A stretch of 64,000 nt of DNA from Octopus vulgaris (Eukaryota): NCBI GenBank assembly GCA_951406725.2, contig OX597834.1:28334001-28398000 (forward strand), in the 5' to 3' direction. This document shows, piece by piece, positions 38,514 to 52,223 of this stretch. The notes under the pieces are model-generated. The model did not search any database. It saw only the letters and a program-made list of their open reading frames with translations, and had not been told where the DNA came from. The stretch's first letter is position 1; every line of letters starts with the position of its first letter. Made by a program: the position numbers and the translations under genes.

Positions 38514-38760
38514 CTTCACGCTAAAGTGTAAATGGTCAGGTAGACCACACACTAAAGCAGTAGGTCTCACCTTGGGGGTCCAAATAAGATTTAGCTGCTA
38601 AAATTTATCTGCAATAAACTGGTTATACTTCCACATAACTCAAAATATTTCAATAATTTTTATTATACAATCGTATAATATTTAATGATAACAAGAAAAT
38701 GAAACAAAGGTGTGTGATAATGGTGTCAGATGTGGCATGCAGACCATCAAATAACTTGTT

Positions 38761-39135
38761 ACCCATAAAATTATTAACCATCTAACTAACACTAACTCTG
38801 AGCACCTTTTCAAACTCCACCTGTCTAACACACATGGACATGTTTACAAAGTCAGAAAACAGCACAGCTCCCATGACTTTCAGAAACATTTTTTCACATT
38901 AAGGGTTGCTGAAGTATGGAACAAACTGCCAGCATCAGTTGTTAGTTGTCGGAGCACTGCATCCTTCAAAACTTCCATGCTTTCTGAGATTCGCCAACAC
39001 TACACCTGATTTTCTCCCCTCCATACACACACAAGCATGTATCTGACTCATACACTGTTCACTTCCCAGACATTTGTACATTACTGCATATACTTTATAC
39101 GCACTTTCTGACAAGTTGTGGTGCACCTGAGCACT
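38761..39135 (+). mobile_element. CR1/L2-type LINE 3' end
   Basis: THKIINHL...NTHGHVYKV...KHFFTLRVAEVWNKLPASVVSCRSTASFK..* plus a 3' UTR ending CACCTGAGCACT. The same end occurs at ~26477 with an (ATT)n tail. Confidence 0.85.
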
Positions 39136-39538
39136 CTTTACTCTTTTACTTGTTTCAGTCATTTGACTGCGGCCATGCTGGAGCACCGCCTTTAGTCGAG
39201 CAAATCGACCCTGGGACTTATTCTTTGTAAGCCCAGTACTTATTCTATCGGTCTCTTTTGCCGAATCGCTAAGTGACTGGGACGTAAACACACCAGCATC
39301 GGTTGTCAAGCAATGCTAGGGGGACAAACACAGACACACAAACACACACACACATATATATATATACATATATACGATAGGCTTCTTTCAGTTTCCGTCT
39401 ACCAAATCCACTCACAGGGCATTGGTCGGCCTGGGGCCATAGCAGAAGACACTTGCCCAAGATGCCACGCAACGGGACTGAACCCGGAACCATGTGGTTG
39501 GTTAGCAAGCTACTTACCACACAGCCACTCCTGCGCCT
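39135..39538 (-). mobile_element. SINE family A, full length
   Basis: Reverse complement of the family consensus. Confidence 0.9.
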
Positions 39539-39628
39539 ATTGCAATAATTTCATTATTATTATATTATATATATCTTATGTGATGCCTCCATGGTGCACC
39601 GTTCCTGTTCCTTTTTTTATGGTCTTTA

Positions 39629-40122
39629 GCTATACATCGATGCCAGGAAACTGTCCATGAACCCAATAATGTAGAATTTAAATTTCTAATAATTTAATTT
39701 AAGTCTTATAATAAACTGTTTAATTTCTGCTGTTTAAATTCAAGTTCAGCTTTGACAGGAGTGTCATTATTGTGACATAAGTTGGCAATGGGAATGGTAA
39801 CAAATCCAAGAACTGCTGATGAGTTGACATAGTTAATGGTTGAATTGAAATTTTTCAATTTATGAACATCTTCAATTGTGAAGGACGACAAACGGACAAT
39901 ACCAGATGACATTTTAGTTAGAATACCATTAATACCTGCAGCAATCTTAATGAATAATTGTTTATGGACTGGTAATGAATTGAGAATATTAGATTTGAGA
40001 AATTGAGATTTTTTAGTTAATGTGTCAATTGTGGCAGGCTGCCTGATAATATAAAATACATCAACATCCTCTGGTTGCTTATAGTTGTCAAAATTATTGC
40101 ACTTCGAGCCATCTCAAAAACA
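39629..40122 (-). repeat. Right arm of inverted repeat, carrying a 135-codon stop-free frame (40113-39706)
   Basis: Manual translation DGSKCNNFDNYKQPEDVDVFYIIRQP...LTKMSSGIVRL...KAELEFKQQKLNSLL*. Confidence 0.9.
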
Positions 40123-40804
40123 CACACACTCTGCATCTGGGATTCTGTGAAAATTAGGTTGTTATTATCAGTTTCATGAATCCAGTGCGCACATGCGCAT
40201 TGCATGTTCAGTGGAGGCGCAATGGCCCAGTGGTTAGGGCAGCGGACTCATGGTCATAAGATCGCGGTTTCAATTCCCTGGTGATCCCTGCTGTACTCTT
40301 TCACCACAACTTTCTCTCACTCTTACTTCCTGTTTCTGTTGTACCTGTATTTCAAAGGGCCGGCCTTGTCACTCTCTGTGTCACGCTGAATATCCCCAAG
40401 AACTACGTTAAGGTTACACGTGTCTGTGGAGTGCTCAGCTACTTACACATTAATTTCATGAGTAGGATGATGATGATGATGATGATGATGTTGATGATAT
40501 ATGTGTATCTGTATGTTTATGTCTGTGTATCCCTACCACCGCCTGGTAACTGGTGTTGGTGTGTTTACATCCCGTAATCTAGCGGTTTGACAAAAGAGAA
40601 ACGATAGAATAAGTACTAGGCTTTAAAAAAAACAAAGTACTGGAGCAGATTCATTCCACTAAAGATTATTCAAGGCTGTGCCCCAGTATGGCCACAGTCT
40701 AATGACTTGAACAAGTAAAAGATAAAAGATAATATTAATCAGAGAGACAGACAGACAGACAGATAGATAGACCGACAGACAGAGACAGCTAGGGAGAGAG
40801 GCAG

Positions 40805-40844
<40 letters not shown>

Positions 40845-40915
40845 TGTGTGTGTGTGTGTGAGATGACAGACAGACAGACAGACAGACAGACAGGGAGAGC
40901 TAGGGAGAGAGGCAG

Positions 40916-40949
<34 letters not shown>

Positions 40950-40998
40950 TGTGTGTGAGATGACAGACAGACAGACAGATAGATAAATAGATAGCTAT

Positions 40999-41064
<66 letters not shown>

Positions 41065-42012
41065 GGATAGATATCGCAAACATATGTATATATATATATA
41101 TGTATATATACACACTTTAAAATACTAAACATTATTGCATTCTATGTCGTTAATGTCTGTTAGCTGAAAATGTTTGTATACTCCATTAGGAAGGCAGCTG
41201 TATACACGGGCACATACACCCACAAGCACACACACACACAATTTCTTTCTCTCTCCCACGCACATATGCACACATTTTCTCTCCTCTTACTTCCACCCCC
41301 CAATCACACACTTCTCCGTCTCTATGTGTGTATCCCTCTCTCTATCTCTAACACACACACTCTCTCTCTCTCACACACACACACATACACACACACAAGC
41401 ACACACACACACACTAAAGATTTACATACAACACATACAAGCGCCATTTCCCACAGAGTATATCCCACAAAAACACAGACACATTCATGCATATATATCT
41501 ACTCCTTATTTTCTTTCTTTCTTCCTCTCTATCTCTCATATACATACATACAGATTTTTACATACAACAACACAGCCTCTAAGCCCAGACATACATACAA
41601 CACACATACACACACAGAGAGATACACGCATACATACACAGATACACGCACGTACGCATGCCTGCACGTAACACCAATCACATCTAGAACAGAGACGGAG
41701 AGAAGGAGAGGGAGGGAGAGGAGAAAGCCGAAGAGCTAAGAGCCTAAGCTGAGCTTGCTGGTAGGTCGGTCGGTTGGTTGGTCGGTCGGTCGGCGGGGGA
41801 GAGAGACGGGTAGAAAAGCTTAACGAGAAAGCTGTTTTGTGTACAGTAATGGAATGCTTTGCATGTAGGGCGGTGTAACGACAGCTTAAGCGCATCTATA
41901 AAACTTGGAATGCACACACACACACACACACCTACACAAGCAAGCATACGTGTGTGTGTGTGTGTGTGTAATTTAGAAGAATTTATGTGAATCTTTAGAA
42001 GAATACTCGATG

Positions 42013-42091
<79 letters not shown>

Positions 42092-42253
42092 AATAAAAGA
42101 ATTCCAACCTTGTCTGATTTTCAGTTTTATTTACAATCTTATAATGATATATTATAAGATAATATATTATAATTGAGTAAAATAAAATGAAATAGTAGAA
42201 TGTTAAATATTCATTCTGATTGAACTAGTACTTTCATGCATTGAATTCATGTA

Positions 42254-42627
<374 letters not shown>

Positions 42628-42631
42628 ATAT

Positions 42632-42793
42632 TAGTCGAGCAAATCAACCCCAGGACTTATTCTTTGTAAGCCTAGTGCTTATTCTATCGGTCGCGTGGGC
42701 CGAACCGCTAGCTTACGGGGACGTAAACACACCAGCATCGGTTGTCAAGCGATGGTGGTGGTGGGGACAAACATACACAAACACACATATACA

Positions 42794-42881
<88 letters not shown>

Positions 42882-42883
42882 TA

Positions 42884-42945
<62 letters not shown>

Positions 42946-43100
42946 ATAATAATATTAGGGAATAAATATATACTACGGGCTTCTTTCAGTTTCCGTCTAC
43001 CAAATCCACTCACAAGGCTTTGGTCGGCCCGAGGCTATAGTAGAAGACACTTGCCCAAGTTGCAATGCAGTCGGACTGAACCCACAATTATGTGGTTGGT
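42632..43100 (-). mobile_element. SINE family A with expanded TA/TAA spacer
   Basis: Antisense 3' half and 5' half separated by ~190 bp of microsatellite. Confidence 0.85.
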
Positions 43101-43229
43101 ATCTCTCTCACTTTTTCTTGTCCTTGTTTCGTTTCTCCTGGATTTCCCTCATGCATCTGACGAAGGACTATGTCCGAAACCGCCGGAAGTTGTTGACAAA
43201 CAACAGCAGTAATTTTATTCAGCTGAATA

Positions 43230-43424
43230 CACGCCATTGATTGGTTGAAATTACCGAAATAAGACAACTTTAACCAAAAATAACTTCCAAAATACAGAAT
43301 TTTCTCAACAACGCCAAGAGTAAAAGATGTTTTATGTGACACATTCTACCAGTATACGAAGTTTGAAAGTATTTAGTTACAAAAATTTATTTTTTAAAAT
43401 TTGTCGTTCAAAAGGTAAAGATCC
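43230..43424 (-). mobile_element. Relative of the GGATC-terminal MITE (one end)
   Basis: Reverse complement similar to 1153-1340, ending in GATCC. Confidence 0.7.
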
Positions 43425-43431
43425 CAAATAC

Positions 43432-43500
<69 letters not shown>

Positions 43501-43677
43501 TGTGTGTGTGTGTGTGTTATTACAAATTTTATTATCCACTCCTTGCTTACGTGAAGCTCCTACCAAAAATATCGCCATTGCCCAAAGGCGGTCCGAGCAC
43601 CCCGCCTTGCAGACACCAATTGAGAACTGCATTTTACTAACGTGCTGTGTCTGTCTTTCCTTTGTTTAACCCAACAG

Positions 43678-43704
43678 AGAAAGATTTTTGTTACAATTCC
43701 CATT
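43678..43704 (+). CDS. Candidate 27-nt microexon
   Basis: TACTAAC branch point (43635-43641), pyrimidine tract, CAG acceptor and GTAGGT donor. Confidence 0.4.
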
Positions 43705-44339
43705 GTAGGTTAGGCAGGTTTACATAGAGGTCACATTAACGTATTGTGGTGCATTCGTAAACAGAGGATCACAATATGTCTAGCAAGCTGGGAACAAGAT
43801 TGGTGGATTTTTTTCTCTCCAAAAATAGATAATATGGTGATGAGGGCCGCTGTAAGAATAATTGCTGTCCTCAATGTTTACATTAAAACTGCCTACCAAG
43901 CCCATTTTGCACCATATCTTTTTCTTTCTTTGCACCAGCCAACTAGTTGTTATAAATTATGCGTTTATAAAACTTTTAACGCATATATTATGTGCCAGTT
44001 CGCTATAAAAACTACTACATTGATATGTAGTATGGGTATCAGCGGTGATTCCCGCCGTACAGAACGAATATCATATTGATTCTGTACCGTGGCAGTCACT
44101 GGTAATACACATGTTAATTCATGTTAAAACGTCCATTATATCTTTTACATTTTACCTTTTACTTCATTCAGCAATTAAACTGCGGCCATGCAAAATGTTT
44201 AGTGGATCGAATCAATCCTAGGACATTTTTTTAAAGCCTGGTACTTATTCTGTCAATTTCTTGTGCTGAACCGCTAAGTCACAGGGACGTAAATACACCA
44301 ACATCGGTTGTTAAGCGAGGATAGGGGACAAACACAAAG

Positions 44340-44372
<33 letters not shown>

Positions 44373-45464
44373 AGAGAGTTCGTGTGTGCGTGTGCACGCA
44401 CGCGCATGTTCATTATGCATTTGAAAATTGAGTTGCCCATTTTGACGTATGGGGTATCAAAAGATTCAGTAATTTTTCGGCTACCAAATAAACTTTATTT
44501 TCATTTACATATTTTTTACATTGTGTGAATAATGAAAGTTATGTTTCTCAGAATCAGTCACATCTATACTCTAATAAAGAAAGCTGCTTATTATCTATCT
44601 GCTTATCATCTATCTATGTATATAAAGGCTACCAAATAAACAATGTTTTTGGCACAACTCTTTTTTCTACTAAAATAACCTCGGAAACGAGGTCGGGTTG
44701 CATGATTTTGTGGTCAATTTCGGGCAATAATTCGATTTGCTTCTAATGTTGCACTTTCGCCCGATATTTCACGGATGCGTAGAATTCTACTCAGACAAAC
44801 ATTTATGAAAATGTACACATAAATATTGTATTAAAATTAGCCACAACCAAAAAAATTTCATTAAAAGACATCCATTTCTCTATATGTTATGACGAAATAC
44901 AGTCACTCACTCTCAACCTCGCAAAGACCAGACTACGAAGCTAAATAAATTTAACAGTGAAATCATTTCGGCCCCTACATAATTTCTGTCTTCTCTGCAT
45001 CGTTACAACACTTGTTATAATGAGCTGTAACAGTAAGGTAGAACAGTTTCATGTTTAACACTCTGCCTTCCAGGGGAATCACCGTTAGCTTCCTACGCTT
45101 TATTCTTTATATACCATAGATGTCATTGGTGATGCCCGATTGTGATAATTTTTTTGAAGCTCATGCACGTTACTCTTTCAAACTAAATTATTCGAATTTT
45201 AGAAAACGTACGAAAAAAAAAAAAATTCGTTTTTTTTTTTTTCTTTATTTTGTATTTCTCTGAATTTGAATCAATAAAAGCTGAGATAGGATCTGGTAAA
45301 AAAAAAAAAAATGGTGCAAGACATTGTCACCTCCATCATTGGAACGATGCCTCCCATAATTTTTGTGAAAAAGAAGTCATTAGGGCTTATAGAATATAAT
45401 CTGAAATATCTGTAGAAAAATATCATAAATAAATGAAAAAACGCCCATAAATGGAAGAAATATA

Positions 45465-45795
45465 AGCGCAGGCATAGTTGTGTGGTAGAAGGTTTGTTTC
45501 CCAATCACACGGTTCAGAGTTCAGTCCCACCAGGTGGCGCCTTGGCCAAGTGTCTTCTATAGCCTAGGGCCTACCAAAATCTTGTGAATGGATTTGGCAG
45601 ATGGAAACTGATAGAAGCTCGTCGTTTATACCGCAGGAGTGGCTGTGTGGTAAGTAGCTTGTCTACCAACCGCATGGTTCCGGGTTCAGTCCCACTGCGT
45701 GGCACCTTGGGCAAGTGTCTTCTACTATAGCCTCGGGCCGACCAAAGCCTTGTGAGTGGATTTGGTAGACGGAAACTGAAAAGAAGCCTGTCGTA

Positions 45796-45827
<32 letters not shown>

Positions 45828-46025
45828 AGTGTCTGTGTTTGCTTGACAACAATGTTGGTGTGTTTACGTCCCCGTCACTTAGCGGTTCGGCAAAAGAGAC
45901 CGATAGAATAAGTACTGGGCTTACAAGAGAATAAGTCCCGGGGTCGATTTGCTTGACTAAAGGCGGTGCTCCAGCATGGCCGCAGTCAAATGACTGAAAC
46001 AAGTAAAAACAGTAAAAAGAGTAAA
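45465..46025 (+). mobile_element. SINE family A: 5' half followed by a full copy (45631-46025)
   Basis: Family consensus match. Confidence 0.85.
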
Positions 46026-46046
46026 AAAAAAAGACATACACATACA

Positions 46047-47225
46047 CTAGCAATACATCCCGGCGTTGCCCGGATATTATGACCAACAGCCACATTATAT
46101 CATTTGTTCCTTTCTTATGGGTAGAATCGGCACAGCTGATAGCTGATAATATTAGTGGACTGGATTACTGGCGTAATGGAAGTTATTGTTTGTTTAGAAG
46201 TCAAAGGAGGGGGGTTACAATTTGCCTGGGTTTGCATGAAAGTGCTTTCTGTTCTTAAGAAAGATCACAAACTATGCATTGTTTCATTGTATAAAGGGGG
46301 GGTTAATACGATTTTGCTCAGAAATCACTTCTTCAAAATTTTAATTTTCCCGCATCCCCACCGCAATTTATTAATTCGTAACTTTTTCGAATTCTTTTTT
46401 TCATCCCCGTAGAAAAATAGAGATTACGAATCTGGGAAATATATATGTATATTTTAAAGTTTAGTTTTTTTTAAAGCAATACTCAATGCCCCTTCCCCCA
46501 CCTCGCCCATTCATCACCTACCCGCTTTCAAAAACTAAAACCTCCCAATGTTTCACTTTCGTCTGATGTTTCACGCATGTACTGAAGTAGCAGACGAAAA
46601 AAATACGAGACTACCACCAGAAAACTCGACATGCTAGAAACAACAAGTAAACGACATTATTTTCGAAGAAACTTCCTCGCTTTCCAAAAAGCTAAAAGTG
46701 AAACATTGGGAGTTTGTAGCTCTGTGAAAGTGGTGAGGTGATGGGTGGATGTTTGGGAAGGAGATTTTAGTGTTTCTTTAAGAAAAAAGGAAGAAAATTC
46801 TTAAAGATTTGTACTCTCTGTTTTTTTCTCCGTGGATTACAAAAAAGAAAAAGAAGAAAAACAAATTTGGAAAAAGTAAAAAGGAAGAAATTGAGGTGAG
46901 GAGGGAGAAAATTAAAATATTGAGAACGTGTTTTGGGGAAGAAATCTTAATCTCCTGTATCGAAAACATAAGAATAGGAAGAAATTTAGGAAAAAATAAG
47001 GGGTGGGGCGCAAATGTCACCTCGGACATGCTAGAAACTATAAGTAAAAGACATGATTGCTAGGAAAACTTCGTTTTAAGTTTATATCGAAAATCAGGTT
47101 TTTAAATACGCTCATCAGAAACACGAATTACAGAATAGGAAAAGGTAATTTCAATTGAATTTCAGCTGTAATTTTGCGCGTGCACTCAGCAAGAAATAAC
47201 AATTCGTACAGCAGTTTTATCTAGA
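46047..47225 (-). mobile_element. Putative non-autonomous Helitron
   Basis: Antisense 3' end CCGGGCAACGCCGGG-ATGTATTG-CTAG|T. The 5' end TCTAGATAAAACTG is tentative. Confidence 0.55.
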
Positions 47226-47739
47226 ATGTGTGTGCGTGTGTAAGTGTGTGAAAAGGTGACATTTGCTTTGAAGTGAGAGCAGAAAGTGAAAGAGAGGAGG
47301 GAGTGAAAGAGAGGAGGGAGTGAAAGATGTATGTACGTGTATATGAAATGGACGTGTGTGCGTGAGAGAAAGAGAGAGAGAGAGAGAGAGGAGGGGGAGA
47401 CGTATACATGAAATGGACGTGTGTGCGTTAGAGAAAGAGTAGAGAGAGAGTAAAGGTGTATGTTGTCATATATGTATTGTTTGCATGTATGTGTAAGTAG
47501 CACTCACTCTCTTTATCTCTCTCTCTCTCTCTCACACATCATCTTTCATAAACACGTACATAAATACATTTTAAGCAACATTTATTAAACATTATTACTG
47601 TTATTTCTTTATTTTCTGCAAACAAAATGCACAAAAAAGCTATACATTTGCATTATGTTATATATACAATAATAATAAAGTACGTTACCATATACAGTTT
47701 TACAAACCAAGGATGTTATATAGACCTCCTTGGCTCAAG

Positions 47740-47852
47740 TTAGAGAAGGGGTGCGTATTATACACAAGGCTTAGGCTTTTCAGAGGTACAGCCCCCTAAA
47801 AATCCCCTGCGTATTATACTCAAGGGCGGACTATACTCGAGGATTTATAGTA
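47740..47852. mobile_element. pogo/Tc2-type MITE end
   Basis: GGTGCGTATTATAC repeats and a TACTCGAGGATTTATAG|TA terminus. Confidence 0.5.
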
Positions 47853-47856
47853 TATA

Positions 47857-48070
47857 GTTCAAATTTACAGAAAACGAAAGACGAAGACAGGTGTAGGAAC
47901 AAGCAGGTGTATTAGTTTAACGCTCTGGAAGAATGGAAAGGTATTTTACGTTTCAAGCCTACGCTCTTCGACAGAATGGATTAAGAGAGAGAAAAAGAGA
48001 GAGAGAGAGAATGAAAAAAAATAACGGAGAGAGAAAAAGAATGTGTAAGGATTAACGGTTCAATAAGATG
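47857..48070 (-). mobile_element. Penelope-derived short element with hammerhead-like motif
   Basis: Antisense CTGTCGA-A-GAGC-GTAG-GCTT-GAAAC-GTA at 47941-47979. Homologous to 62659-62862. Confidence 0.65.
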
Positions 48071-48294
48071 AAATAGCCAGACACGCGCGCGCACACACGA
48101 GGGTGTAGGATATTTGAGCACGTTTGCGTGCGATTACAAATCTCATTTTCTCCCTTTGATTCCCAATGGCAGCTCGGAGGGGGTTCGTATCGTTATTAAC
48201 TCGCCAAAAACCAATATACAATGAATGCATCGCAAAGTACTCAGACGAAAGTTAAAGGATAATGTGTATGAGTGTTTACCTCTGTATATGTACA

Positions 48295-48689
48295 CTAGCA
48301 GGTATCGCTAGGCGTTGCTCGGATTTGTTTCGACCCTTTACAATTGGAACTTTTGAAAAGTAAAAAAATTTGCATTATGTAGCTTGTTATTCTCTTTAAG
48401 TGAACATTTTTCTGGTTGAAATACACCGAAAAATGGCGACACAGCTGTCAAAAAATCGTAAAACAGCGGGATTTTCATAGAAAAAAAAACACCTTTTTGA
48501 TGTAAATAATTTTTGGTGTTAACATGGTCCGATTTGAAATTTTTCTTCTACGGAAGGAAGAGCAAGCCTTCTCCTATCATACTCTCAATTTTGGTCAACT
48601 TGCGCTGCAGGGTCTCGGAGGGGATAGTGTTAGTTGAAGGCTACCAAACCTGCCATACACAGACAACTTCAGCTTTATATATAGAGAGA
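48295..48689 (-). mobile_element. Non-autonomous Helitron sharing termini with the 25520 family
   Basis: Antisense A|TCTCTCTATATATAAAGCTGAAGTTG ... CCGAGCAACGCCTAGCGATACCTG-CTAG|T. Confidence 0.8.
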
Positions 48690-48721
48690 TAGATAAGTAT
48701 ATATGTGTAATGGTTGTGTGC

Positions 48722-48846
48722 GCGCTCATTTCTGTGCGCGATTTTGTGCGCGATTTTGTGCGCGATTTTGTGCGCGTTTTTGTGCGCGATTTTGTGCGCG
48801 TTTTTGTGCGCGTTTTTGTGCGCGATTTTGTACGCGTTTTTGTGCA
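48722..48846 (+). repeat. CpG-rich 12-bp tandem repeat (TTTTGTGCGCGA/T) x ~10
   Basis: Direct inspection. Confidence 0.9.
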
Positions 48847-49121
48847 GCACGTGCACACAGGTCCGTTGCTATCTCCTCTTATGCGTTCTGATTCCCAACG
48901 GCAGCTTTTATTGATCCAACTGCCATTATTATTTATGCCCCAAATTCCTCGTGATGTTATCCAAATATTGAAAAAGCTTTTATAGTCTCTCTGAGTTCTT
49001 ATCATTCTACAATTACGACTAACGCACGCACGCATGCGCGCGTACACACACACACACATGCACGTACACACACACAATCGCACAGGCGCGCACGCACATA
49101 CAGAGACACACGCACACACGC

Positions 49122-49165
<44 letters not shown>

Positions 49166-49601
49166 CCACATACTCAGACACACATACGCACATGGTTTGT
49201 TATTGCTTTCTGAAATTCCGTGGGATTGTGCAAAGTTGAAAGAGCAAAGTGAAAAAGGGAGCAACTTATAAAACGGGTGCGGAGCGGGTACAGATTGTAA
49301 TGCGGGTAGAGATTAAATAGATTTTGGACCTGTAATGTATTCACGAGCAAAAATTACGAAAATGTAACAAATATTACACAAAAATAAACATTTCTATAAA
49401 TATATATTTATATAGTTTATATTTATAATTGTAATTGAATTGTATAAGCATGTGGGAGTAATAAATATATTTCATAAAATTATATATACTCTATATGAAT
49501 GTATAAATACACACATTTATTTATATAATTCAATATATATATATATATGTATTGACAGATGTAGTATCTCTCCCTCTCTCTTTGTATGCGTGGGTGTATA
49601 C

Positions 49602-49664
<63 letters not shown>

Positions 49665-49790
49665 CTATAGTTATAAGCACACAACCATACATAGAAATAA
49701 ATATATGGTTTCAATGAATGAATATATACAAATTATTGCATGTGTGTGTAGAGAGAGAAAGAGAGAGAGAGAAAAAAAAGAGAGACAGAA

Positions 49791-49857
<67 letters not shown>

Positions 49858-49869
49858 AAAAAAAGAGAC

Positions 49870-49936
<67 letters not shown>

Positions 49937-50062
49937 AAGAGAGAGAGAGTAAAATTTCATATAATTTTAACTGTACGTTCCAAATTCTTGTGCATTCACA
50001 CATACACAATAAATTCATTAGCATTTAAAAAATTTTTGTTGGTGGTGGTGGTGGTGGTGGAG

Positions 50063-50126
<64 letters not shown>

Positions 50127-50425
50127 CGACTTTTCTTTTCTCGTTTGAAGACTGGTTCTTCGGAGTCTCGTGAACTAGTTCGTTGCCAAAAAAATCTGAA
50201 GAATCGGTAATATTCTCTGCAAACCTTCATTGCAGCAGCTGTTATTAGGTTTGGTAAATGTATATACAGAATATTTTCTACCTCAGGTTTGAAATGAAGA
50301 AATTGCGACTGAGAGGATACAACTGTTTCATACCCGTGTCCTTTCCCTGCCTCATGTATCGCGTGTGTACCGTTGGCGATTTTTTTTCCTCCGTCTTCCC
50401 TTCTCTGGATCTTTCCTTTTCCTAT

Positions 50426-50460
50426 GTTTCTGACGAAGAGCTCCGCTCGAAACGTAAAAC
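50426..50460 (+). ncRNA. Minimal type-I hammerhead ribozyme motif (Penelope-type)
   Basis: GTTT-CTGACGA-A-GAGC-TCC-GCTC-GAAAC-GTA-AAAC gives stem I GUUU/AAAC, stem II GAGC/GCUC, a palindromic ACGU stem III and a GUA site. Confidence 0.7.
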
Positions 50461-50559
50461 CCTCCTTCTTCCCTTCCTTCCTGAGCGTCCAATAATACTA
50501 TACTTGTTCCACGTCCTCGCGTTGTTGTGTTTTCTCTTTGTGTTTTCATGTTTGGATTA

Positions 50560-50617
<58 letters not shown>

Positions 50618-50618
<1 letters not shown>

Positions 50619-50962
50619 CGGGAAGCTTTATGAAAATAAACAAAAGACGAAGGCAGGTGGAATACAAACAAACAATTGTATTAGTATGGCGCAAAGGAAT
50701 ATAAATAAAACAAGTCTTTTACGTTTCGAGCCTACGCTCTTCAACAGAAAGATACACAGAAAAGAAACACGGAGAGAAACAAGGAGAGAAAAAAATGCGT
50801 GCAGAAGCTAGCGAATCAACATGGCGATCTGATTCCGGCCAGAAGTCAAAGATCAAACGTGAGACGCAAGAGCGAAAATAGGGGAGATAACAGGGTCAAA
50901 TGACCACGCCCCAACATAAGGGTGTGTGTGTGTATGAGAAAGTATGTCGTGCGTATGAGAGG

Positions 50963-50965
<3 letters not shown>
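50618..50965 (-). mobile_element. Penelope-derived short element (hammerhead-like motif at 50715-50752) between (TA)n tracts
   Basis: Near-identical in reverse complement to 62659-62862. Confidence 0.75.
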
Positions 50966-51024
<59 letters not shown>

Positions 51025-51030
<6 letters not shown>

Positions 51031-51372
51031 TACATAAAACCTGTCATGGGGGCCCCAACCAGACCAGTTTGCGGAGCGAATATCTCCAACAATTATAGAT
51101 TGTCCTACTACCTCTCACAGGTATTACGGCCTCTCATAGAAATGTCCCCAGATGTTTGTGTGAGCACGGAAGATCTCTTCAGTAAAATCAGTACTTGCAA
51201 CCACTCCAACGACCTCACAGGTTGTGTAGTGGGTTGTAGATATGTAGATGACATTAATATCATAGTTAAGACCGACTGTAGTAACGGTAATGTAGAAACT
51301 GAGAAGAACATAATGGAGAGCATCCGCCAAGTAGCTAATTCCATCTACCAAAGTATCAAGGTAACTATAGAT
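51025..51372 (+). pseudogene. Penelope-like reverse transcriptase remnant with internal deletion
   Basis: PTRPVCGA..LSYYLSQVLRPL..CVSTEDL..VVG is joined directly to CRYVDD..IRQVANSI..IKVTID. Confidence 0.8.
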
Positions 51373-51602
51373 ACACACACACATACATATATACTGTAAC
51401 CGTCTTTTACTTATTTCAGTCATTGAACTGCGGCCAAGCTGGGGTATCGCCTCGAAGGATTTAGTTGAACAAATCGTCCCCAGAACTTGTCTTTAAGCCT
51501 GGTAATTCTATCGGTTCCAGCTTCGTTACGGGGGCGTAATCAAATCAACACTGGCTGTCAAGCGGTGTGGGGTACAAAGACAAATACGTGTGTATATATA
51601 TA

Positions 51603-51677
<75 letters not shown>

Positions 51678-51795
51678 TCGGTTTGAAAAATTGTCTAGAT
51701 TCCTTAACATGAAACCAATGGTAGCTTTAATACACAAATAAAGAAATTTTATCCACCAATGCTGTGTTGAACATTCACTCTCATTGTTCGACATT

Positions 51796-51894
<99 letters not shown>

Positions 51895-52223
51895 AACAAA
51901 TGGATTTTCAATTTTGCGAGAATTGTTTCACTAAAAATCCTTATTTTGATGCAAACATAATACAGTTTCGCTGATTATGCACTTCAGTCGCTCATCAGGT
52001 AAAATTCAAAAGAAAATGAAACAATAACTTGTTGATTAATCGATTGATTCTCACAGAAGTGAAGTTACAATCAAAGGTATCGATTTTATAAAATGAAAAA
52101 GGTGGGTGTCATACGAAACTAACAAGCAAAATTAGTAAACAACAGGAAGGGAGGAAATTATAATTTAGTTATAGATCTTAAGATAAAAGAAGGTCTCAGA
52201 GCTTCGCTTACACTCAATTAGTC

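Noticed and set aside
43157-43180. Hammerhead core CTGACGA-A-GGAC-TAT-GTCC-GAAAC
   Set aside because: Core and stem II are present but there is no cleavage triplet or stem I partner. At most a decayed motif.
51960-52000. Antisense CTGATGA...GAAAC hammerhead
   Set aside because: Stem II is irregular and stems I and III cannot be formed.
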